A DNA stretch of 64,000 nucleotides. It comes from an uncultured Actinomycetes bacterium. GTDB lineage: Bacteria; Actinomycetota; UBA4738; HRBIN12. This document shows positions 57,137 through 64,000 of the stretch, piece by piece. Below the pieces are notes generated by a model that worked only from the letters and a program-made list of their open reading frames with translations, had not been told where the DNA came from and made no database searches. Positions within the stretch are counted from its first letter, which is position 1. Every line of letters starts with the position of its first letter. The stretch is taken from assembly GCA_963704885.1 (NCBI GenBank), contig CAVPIB010000001.1, positions 288,001-352,000 on the forward strand, read 5' to 3'. Both the position numbers and the translations under genes were made by a program.

Positions 57137-59417
57137 CGCCGAGAGCGGCGCGGGCTCGTTCATCGGGCGTCTCTCGGGGAAGCGGATCTTCCTCACGGGC
57201 GTCACCGGTTTCCTGGGGCAGGTCGTCTTCGAGCGACTGCTGGCCGACGTGCCGGATGCCCAGATCCTGCTGCTGGTTCGCTCCCAGACCGGCTCGTCGT
57301 CCAGGGATCGCGTGGAGTACCTGTTCCGCAAGCCCGCGTTCGACGGTCTGCGCGAAAGGGTGGGGCAGCCAGGGCTGGTGGCGCTGCTGGACGACCGTGT
57401 GGAGGTCGTCGACGGGGACTTCTCGCTAGGCGTGCCCTCGTTACCCGGAGACATCGACGTCGTGATCCATTCCGCGGCCGCGGTCTCGTTCGACCCGCCG
57501 ATCGACGAGGGCTTCCAGACGAACCTATTCGGCGCCATGAACCTGTATCGCGGCGTCGCCCAGAGCGGGTCGCGCCCGTCCCTGGTGCATATCTCGACCG
57601 CTTACGTGGCAGGGGTTGCGAAGGGTGTCGTGCCTGAGGACACGCTGGACCACCGGGTGGATTGGCGGACCGAGGGCGATCTGGCGCTGGAGGCGCGGCG
57701 CGACGTGGAAGCTCAATCGCGCAGGCCCGAGATGCTCGACGACTTCATGGCCAAGGCCACGAAGGAGCACTCGCGGGCCGGTCCCATGACGGTGGCCGAG
57801 GACGCCGAGCAGCGTCGGAAGGACTGGGTCTCCAAGCGCCTCACGCGGTACGGCCGCGCACGCGCGCGTTCGCTCGGCTGGCCTGACGTATACACGTTCA
57901 CGAAGGCGATGGGCGAGCGCGCCGTCGAAGAGCTGGCGTTCGAGGAGGAGCTGCCGCTCTCGATCGTTCGACCTTCGATCATCGAGAGCTCGCTCCTGCA
58001 CCCGTCGCCGGGGTGGATCGATGGTTTCAAGATGGCCGATCCGATCATCCGCGCATACGGCCTGGGCCAGATCCCGGAGTTCCCGGGGATCCCCGAGGGC
58101 ATCGTGGACATCATCCCCGTGGACATGGTGGTGAACGCGATCCTGGCGGTCGCCGCCACGCCGCCCGAGCCCCGCCATCCGGCCTACTACCATGTGAGCT
58201 CCGGGTCACGGAACCCGTTGCGCTTCCACGAGCTGTATCGATACGTACGTGAGTACTTCGAGGCGCATCCGCTTCCAGCACGTGGTCGCGGCGAGCACAA
58301 GGTGCCGGAGTGGTCCTTCCCGGGGAACCTGAGCGTTGAGCGCATGATCAGGCGAGCCGAGAAGCTGACCGATATCGCCGAGCAGGTCGTCACGCACCTG
58401 CCCAAGTCGAAGAAGATGCGCGAGCTCGTCTCGCGGGTGGATCGCGACAAGGCCCGGGTCGATTTCGTGAAGCGCTATTCCGACCTCTACGGCGCCTACA
58501 CGGAAGCCGAGGTCATCTACACCGACGACCGCATGCTCCAGTTGTTCGAGTCTCTCGGGGCTGACGAACGGGCCCGTTTCCCGTTCGATTCGGCCATGAT
58601 CGACTGGAAGTACTACCTGCAGGACGTGCACTCACCGGCGGTGACCCAGAGCCTCCGCGAGCTCTCGAAGCGTGATCGGGACAAGCCGGTGGTGAAGATC
58701 CGAGAACGAGAGCAGCCGGTGGTCGCGCTGTTCGACATGGAGGGCACCATCATCACCTCGAACGTCGTGGAGTCCTACGTGTGGACGCGGATGGCCGACC
58801 TATCACCCGACGAATGGCCCCGGGAGCTGGTGAGCGTGTTCGGCCGGATCCCCGGATACCTGCAGGTGGATCGGCGGGACCGGGGCGACTTCCTTCGGAC
58901 GTTCTTCCGCAGGTACGAGGGCGCCTCCGTGGATGGCGTGCAGAGGTTGATCGACAGCCACGTCGGCGAGTTCATGTTGCAGAAGGCGAGCGCGGCGGCG
59001 ATAAGGCGGATCCGCGAGCACCGGGCTGCAGGGCACCGAACCATCCTGATCACAGCTGCCGCGGAGATCTTCGTGCGGCCGCTGGCGCCGCTGTTCGACA
59101 TCGTGATCGGGTGTGAGCTGGAGGAGCGTGACGGCCGTTACACGGGATTCATGTCGTCGCCGCCACTCGTGGGCGAGGCGCGCGCCGCCTGGCTCCGGCG
59201 GTATGCGCTGCAGGAGGAGATCGACCTCAAGCACTCGTACGCCTACGCGGACTCTTACTCCGACCTGCCGCTCCTTCGGGCGGTCGGCAATCCCGTCGCC
59301 GTCTCTCCCGATTCCGCGCTGTACCGTTACGCGCGTCGCCGCCGTTGGCCGATCGAACCCTGGGCCATGTCGAAGGGCATGCCACGGGTTCGCTTCCCAA
59401 AGCCGGCGTTCCGATGA
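57126..59417 (+). CDS. Fatty acyl-CoA reductase (male-sterility type) fused to a HAD-IB phosphatase
   Basis: TGVTGFLG, HSAAAVSF, HISTAYV, YTFTK and RPSII; C-terminal FDMEGT and AYADSYSDLP. Confidence 0.88.
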   Translation: MVDNAESGAGSFIGRLSGKRIFLTGVTGFLGQVVFERLLADVPDAQILLLVRSQTGSSSRDRVEYLFRKPAFDGLRERVGQPGLVALLDDRVEVVDGDFSLGVPSLPGDIDVVIHSAAAVSFDPPIDEGFQTNLFGAMNLYRGVAQSGSRPSLVHISTAYVAGVAKGVVPEDTLDHRVDWRTEGDLALEARRDVEAQSRRPEMLDDFMAKATKEHSRAGPMTVAEDAEQRRKDWVSKRLTRYGRARARSLGWPDVYTFTKAMGERAVEELAFEEELPLSIVRPSIIESSLLHPSPGWIDGFKMADPIIRAYGLGQIPEFPGIPEGIVDIIPVDMVVNAILAVAATPPEPRHPAYYHVSSGSRNPLRFHELYRYVREYFEAHPLPARGRGEHKVPEWSFPGNLSVERMIRRAEKLTDIAEQVVTHLPKSKKMRELVSRVDRDKARVDFVKRYSDLYGAYTEAEVIYTDDRMLQLFESLGADERARFPFDSAMIDWKYYLQDVHSPAVTQSLRELSKRDRDKPVVKIREREQPVVALFDMEGTIITSNVVESYVWTRMADLSPDEWPRELVSVFGRIPGYLQVDRRDRGDFLRTFFRRYEGASVDGVQRLIDSHVGEFMLQKASAAAIRRIREHRAAGHRTILITAAAEIFVRPLAPLFDIVIGCELEERDGRYTGFMSSPPLVGEARAAWLRRYALQEEIDLKHSYAYADSYSDLPLLRAVGNPVAVSPDSALYRYARRRRWPIEPWAMSKGMPRVRFPKPAFR

Positions 59418-59431
59418 GGGTGGTGCGCTGA

Positions 59432-60637
59432 ATGGCCCTGTCGCTCGAGCTCTTCCGGTCGGCGCCGCGCTACCTGGCCGCGCGTGCCGTCGGAGGCAGA
59501 GCGCCCGGTCTGGTGGCGGGCCCTCTGGCCCCGCTCCGGTTGGCGAGTCCTACGGACCCGGAGCCGCGCGGCCAGGGATGGACGCGCGTGAAGCCGCTCC
59601 TCTCGGGGATCTGTGGGAGCGACCTGGCCACGCTTGGAGGCAAGTCGTCCTTCTACTTCTCACCCCTCGTGTCTCTGCCGTTCGTCCCAGGTCACGAGGT
59701 CGTGGGCGAGGTGCTGGACGACGTCGACGGCCTCTCGGCGGGAGACCGGGTGGTCATGGCGAGCGTATTGACGTGCGCCACACGCGGCCTGGAGCCTTGC
59801 GGGAACTGCCGGGTCGGCCTGTTCAACCGTTGCGACTCGGTCGCGACCGGCGATCTCAAGGCGGGATTGCAGACCGGCTATTGCGCCGACACGGGGGGCG
59901 GTTGGAGCCGCATGATGCTCGCGCATCGCTCGCAGCTGCACGCGGTGCCGACGGCGATGGAGGACAAGGTCGCAGTGTTGATCGAGCCTTTCGCGTGCGC
60001 GATCCATGCGGCCATGCGGGCTAACGTGCCCGATGGGGGTTCGGTGTTCGTGGTGGGCGCGGGAACCGTGGGGCTTCTGACGTTGCTGGCCGTGAAGCTG
60101 CTGACTCGTGCCGATCATGTGATCGTTGCCGCGAAGCACACGCGTCAGCGCGCGGCGGCTCGCTTGGCCGGTGCCGACGTCGTGGTCGTTCCGGATCACG
60201 CCGTGAAGGCGGTTCGGCGTTCGGAGCACGCCATGAAGCTCACACCTGAGCGAGGGATGGACTTCCTGCTGGGAGGCGTCGACGTGGCGATCGAGTCCAC
60301 GGGCTCCAAGAGCGCTCTGGACCTGGCGCTGCGCACGACGCGGGCGGGGGGGCGCGTGGTGCTTTCCGGGATCCCTGGGCCCGGCGCCGACCTGACGCCT
60401 GTCTGGTTCCGCGAGCTGGAGCTGGCGGGCGCCTACACCAGCGGCATCGAACGCGTGGGCGACACGGACAGGAACGCTTTCGACATGGCGATCGAGCTGG
60501 CGAGCGGGCTGCCCATGCTCGCCGACATGGTCGGCGCAACTTATCCACTCGACCGGTGGCGTGAGGCGATAGACCACGCGTTGGGAGCCGGACGGCTCGG
60601 CACGTTCAAGGTGGCTTTCGCGCCACAAGAGACCTGA
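59432..60637 (+). CDS. Zinc-binding medium-chain dehydrogenase
   Basis: GICGSD, PGHEVVG, C..C..C..C structural Zn site and GAGTVG. Confidence 0.9.
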   Translation: MALSLELFRSAPRYLAARAVGGRAPGLVAGPLAPLRLASPTDPEPRGQGWTRVKPLLSGICGSDLATLGGKSSFYFSPLVSLPFVPGHEVVGEVLDDVDGLSAGDRVVMASVLTCATRGLEPCGNCRVGLFNRCDSVATGDLKAGLQTGYCADTGGGWSRMMLAHRSQLHAVPTAMEDKVAVLIEPFACAIHAAMRANVPDGGSVFVVGAGTVGLLTLLAVKLLTRADHVIVAAKHTRQRAAARLAGADVVVVPDHAVKAVRRSEHAMKLTPERGMDFLLGGVDVAIESTGSKSALDLALRTTRAGGRVVLSGIPGPGADLTPVWFRELELAGAYTSGIERVGDTDRNAFDMAIELASGLPMLADMVGATYPLDRWREAIDHALGAGRLGTFKVAFAPQET

Positions 60638-60663
60638 AAGCAAGCCTGACAGGAGACCGACAG

Positions 60664-62250
60664 ATGCCCAGACCAGGATTCGTCCTCGAAGTCGACGAAC
60701 GGACCCCGCCGCTCTTGGTCCACCAAGGCGAGGGCTTCCGGATGCAGCGGTTCCCGCTCGGTTCGCGCGTCGTGTATCCACCCGACTCGCTGCCGGGAGT
60801 GAAGGACGTGAACGGGGCCATCCGCCACTCGCTCCTGAACCCGCTCGGCGCGGAGCCTCTGACGGAGTTGCTCAAGCCCGGCATGAAGCTGACCATCGCG
60901 ATCGACGACATATCGCTGCCGCTGCCGCCGATGAAGACCCCCGACATCCGGCAGCGGATCATCGAGCACGTGATCGAGCTGGCAGCGCGCAGGGGCGTGG
61001 AGGACGTGAAGCTGATCGTGGCCAACGCCCTGCACCGCCGGATGACCTCGAGCGAGATCAAACGGATGGTCGGCGAGCGGGTGTTCCGTTCGTTCTGGCC
61101 CAACGACCTGGCGAACTTCGACGCGGAAGATCGCGACCAGCTGACGGAGATCGGCGTCACCGATCAGAACGAGGTGGTCGAGATCTCCAAGCGTGCGGCG
61201 GAGTCCGACCTGATCGTGTACGTCAACATCAACCTGGTGGCCATGGACGGTGGGCACAAGTCGGTGGCGGTGGGGCTGGCCAGCTACAAGAGCCTGAAGC
61301 ATCACCACAACGTCGAGACGATGATGCATTCCCAGTCGTACATGGATCCTCGGCCGGGGCACAGCGCGATCAACGACTCGGCCACCAGGATGGGGCAGCT
61401 CCTGGCGGCGAGCGGCGTGAAGATCTTCCAGATCGAGACCACGGTCAACAACGACACGTTCCCGTCCAACCTGAGCTTCCTGAACAAGCGCGAGTGGGAA
61501 TGGTCCACCTACGACCAGGTGCTGATGATGGGGGCCAAGAAGGCCAACGACGTCGCGCCGCCGCGGGTCCGCCGCGAGTTCTACCGGCGGATCGAGGCCC
61601 CATACAAGCTGACCGGGATCAACGCGGGTGAGGTGGAAGCGGTCCACGAGCGGACGCTTGCGAACCTCCATCGCCAACAGTTGGTTGAGGTCCAGGGACA
61701 GTCCGACATCTTGGTGTTCGGGTTGCCCTACGTCTGCCCGTACAACGTGAACTCGATCATGAACCCGATCCTGGTCCACTGCCTGGGGCTCGGGTACCTG
61801 TTCAACATGTACCGGAACAAGCCCCTCGTGAGGCAGGGCGGCGTGGTGATCCTGTTCCACCCCGTCCCGTGGGAGTTCCACCAGATCCATCACCCGTCCT
61901 ACATAGACTTCTTCGAAGAAGTGCTCCGTGAGACCACGGACCCGGCAACCTTGGAGTCGAAGTACGAAGAGCGCTATGCCGCCGATCCGTGGTACGCGCA
62001 CCTATACCGGACCAGTCACGCCTATCACGGTGTTCACCCGTTCTACATGTGGTACTGGGGAGCGCACGGTCGCGACCACGCGGGCGATGTGATCTTCGTC
62101 GGCGGCGACCCCAAGTCGGTGGCGCGTCTGGGTTACCGAACCGCGGGAACGTTCCGTGATGCCTTGGAGATGGCGAAGGACACCGTCGGCTCCGCTCCGT
62201 CGATCACGTACATGCACACTCCGCCGCTATCGATCGCGGACGTGCGGTGA
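60664..62250 (+). CDS. Lactate racemase (LarA/DUF2088)-like domain protein
   Basis: LTIAIDDISLP, ANALHRRMT and GGHKS resemble the LarA N-terminal domain motifs. Confidence 0.75.
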   Translation: MPRPGFVLEVDERTPPLLVHQGEGFRMQRFPLGSRVVYPPDSLPGVKDVNGAIRHSLLNPLGAEPLTELLKPGMKLTIAIDDISLPLPPMKTPDIRQRIIEHVIELAARRGVEDVKLIVANALHRRMTSSEIKRMVGERVFRSFWPNDLANFDAEDRDQLTEIGVTDQNEVVEISKRAAESDLIVYVNINLVAMDGGHKSVAVGLASYKSLKHHHNVETMMHSQSYMDPRPGHSAINDSATRMGQLLAASGVKIFQIETTVNNDTFPSNLSFLNKREWEWSTYDQVLMMGAKKANDVAPPRVRREFYRRIEAPYKLTGINAGEVEAVHERTLANLHRQQLVEVQGQSDILVFGLPYVCPYNVNSIMNPILVHCLGLGYLFNMYRNKPLVRQGGVVILFHPVPWEFHQIHHPSYIDFFEEVLRETTDPATLESKYEERYAADPWYAHLYRTSHAYHGVHPFYMWYWGAHGRDHAGDVIFVGGDPKSVARLGYRTAGTFRDALEMAKDTVGSAPSITYMHTPPLSIADVR

Positions 62251-62260
62251 GGGGGCACGC

Positions 62261-63172
62261 GTGAGCGGCGTCCGCGAAGAGCTGAAGGAGATGGCGCGAG
62301 GGTTCCGTTGGGGCCGGCGTCCGCTCATCCCTCGCTCGGCCGAGCCGTACGCGGTGGAGCCAGACGATGCCGGGGTTCCTACCGATTGGGCCCGCTCCGA
62401 GCTGGGAACAGCTGCGCGCCAGGCCATCCTGAAGGGCTTGATGCATCCCCTGCTCCGTAACGAGCTGTCGCTCCGGGTGCACGGTCTGGACAACCTGGAG
62501 GGCGTTGAGGCGCCGGTCATCTTCTTCTCGAACCATTCGAGCCACCTGGACGCCACGCTGATCTTGACCACGCTCCCCGATGCGTGGCAGTCCAAGACCG
62601 CCGTGGGCGCAGCGCGCGACTACTTCTTCGATGTGTGGTGGCGCCAGGCGTTCACGGCGCTCGTGTACGGCGCTTTCCCGATCGACCGTTCGCGCGGAGG
62701 GCGCGGTGCCGTGGATAAGGCGCGCGAGTTGATAGATGACGGCTGGAGCATCGTCGTGTTCCCGGAGGGAACCAGATCGCAGGACGGACACATGCAGCGA
62801 TTCCGGCACGGCGCATCTCGATTGTGCCTGGAACACGGCATCGGGGCGGTGCCGATCGCGATCCGCGGCGCTCATCAGGCCATGCCGAAGGGCCGGTTCT
62901 GGCCGATGGCCGGGCGTCCCACGGTGACCGTGCGTTACGGCCGAGCGCTGTTCCCCGAGGAAGGCGAGACGCATCAAGATCTCTCGCGTCGGATGACCCA
63001 AGCCGTGTCGCAGCTCTTCGACGAGGACAAGACCACGTGGTGGGAGTCGCTGCACCGGGCGGAGCGCGAAGAGACGCCCTCGCTCGCTGGACCCCTCGGT
63101 CCTGACTGGCGGAAGCGATGGGAGGGCTCCCGTCCGCTCGGCACCCGAGGCGATCCTCGGACCTGGGACTGA
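62261..63172 (+). CDS. Lysophospholipid/glycerolipid acyltransferase (PlsC-like)
   Basis: NHSSHLD (HX4D) and FPEGTRS. Confidence 0.9.
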   Translation: MSGVREELKEMARGFRWGRRPLIPRSAEPYAVEPDDAGVPTDWARSELGTAARQAILKGLMHPLLRNELSLRVHGLDNLEGVEAPVIFFSNHSSHLDATLILTTLPDAWQSKTAVGAARDYFFDVWWRQAFTALVYGAFPIDRSRGGRGAVDKARELIDDGWSIVVFPEGTRSQDGHMQRFRHGASRLCLEHGIGAVPIAIRGAHQAMPKGRFWPMAGRPTVTVRYGRALFPEEGETHQDLSRRMTQAVSQLFDEDKTTWWESLHRAEREETPSLAGPLGPDWRKRWEGSRPLGTRGDPRTWD

Positions 63173-63177
63173 CCGAG

Positions 63178-63792
63178 GTGACACGCACCGGGGGTGAGAA
63201 GCGGAAGTCCACGCTGGTCGAGGAGGCGATCCGTCAGTTCGGCCGCGAGGGCTACAACGGCGCCAGCTTGGATCAGATCGCGACCGCGGTCGGGGTGCGC
63301 AAGCAGACACTCCTGTACTACTTCGCGACGAAAGAGATCCTGCTCGAGGCCTGTCTGACGGCGGCCGGCGAACGGCTGGCGCTGGAGATCTCGCAGGCGC
63401 TGGAGGGCAAGGAGACCTATTGGGATCGCGCCGAGGCTGTGATCCACGCGGTGTTCGCCCTGGCGGAGGAGTGGCCCGAGTTCCCCATGTTCGTCCGCGA
63501 GGCGGGGCGGCTGGGTCCAGAGGCGTTCGAGCGGTTCGCGGGGGTCATCGAGCCGCTCCGGCACCGTGCTATCGACTTCCTGCAGACCGGCATGGACAAC
63601 GGCGACATCCGCAAGCAGGACCCCGCCATGCTGCTCTTCACCCTCTATACAGGTGTGGTCGGCTCCCTCACCGAGGCGAGCGTGCTGAACGTCGTGGTCG
63701 GCGCGGACAAAGGGAGAGCTTCGTTGAAGCGCCGTGAGCGAGAAGTGATCGCGTTCGTGCGAGCTGCGCTGATGCCCGTGGCAGAGAGCTAG
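63178..63792 (+). CDS. TetR-family regulator
   Basis: GYNGASLDQIATAVGVRKQTLLYYFATKE helix-turn-helix. Confidence 0.92.
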   Translation: MTRTGGEKRKSTLVEEAIRQFGREGYNGASLDQIATAVGVRKQTLLYYFATKEILLEACLTAAGERLALEISQALEGKETYWDRAEAVIHAVFALAEEWPEFPMFVREAGRLGPEAFERFAGVIEPLRHRAIDFLQTGMDNGDIRKQDPAMLLFTLYTGVVGSLTEASVLNVVVGADKGRASLKRREREVIAFVRAALMPVAES

Positions 63793-64000
63793 CGGGCCGA
63801 GTAGAACTCTACGATCAGGCGCTCCTCGACGGGAGCCGGGAGCGGGACCTCGTCGCGTTCCGGGACCCGCGACAGCGTGCCGGAGACCTCGTCCTTGTTG
63901 CGATAGAGGTAGCCGGGCGGGTCGACCGTGATCTCGAGCGCTTCACGCACGGAGACGAAGTTACGAGCCTTGGCCGACAGCTCGATCGTCTGACCAGGCT
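63789..64000 (-). CDS. rpsD: 30S ribosomal protein S4, 3' end
   Basis: Minus strand translates to ...GTLSRVPERDEVPLPAPVEERLIVEFYSAR*. Confidence 0.85.
   Translation of the reverse strand, partial: PGQTIELSAKARNFVSVREALEITVDPPGYLYRNKDEVSGTLSRVPERDEVPLPAPVEERLIVEFYSAR

Overview
High-GC, gene-dense chromosomal region from what looks like a deep-branching actinobacterium (inferred from the coproporphyrin-dependent heme genes, the ask-asd and IclR-leuCD layouts, an actinobacterial-type LexA box and a large Alu-domain SRP RNA). Core content: the 3' part of serS, all four tRNA-Ser isoacceptors and tRNA-Arg(ACG), two heme clusters (hemE/hemH/hemY/hemQ and hemA-C-D-B-L), ppk2, a UvrD-like helicase, msrA, leuCD, pncB, tadA, ffs-dnaX-recR, ask-asd and the 3' end of rpsD. 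I saw no integrase, transposase or CRISPR array. Main candidate for an undescribed system (26232-28945): two tandem, unannotated small-peptide genes (28 and 33 aa; basic N-terminus, hydrophobic core, shared FLMAAG...GWRN tail). Each has its own sigma28/WhiG-like promoter, strong RBS and hairpin. They are transcribed divergently from a DUF5317-like membrane protein and a multi-TM sensor histidine kinase, a layout resembling a peptide-signalling (quorum-sensing-like) module. The same promoter motif also precedes a GAF kinase and a diguanylate cyclase, suggesting a WhiG/FliA-like regulon. Second candidate (57126-63792): a TetR-associated lipid operon (fatty acyl reductase-HAD fusion, Zn dehydrogenase, LarA-like protein, acyltransferase) with a clear palindromic operator, possibly for ether-lipid or wax synthesis. 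Several single-base frameshifts in housekeeping genes suggest consensus errors in the assembly. All family assignments come from motif recognition by eye, not database searches.
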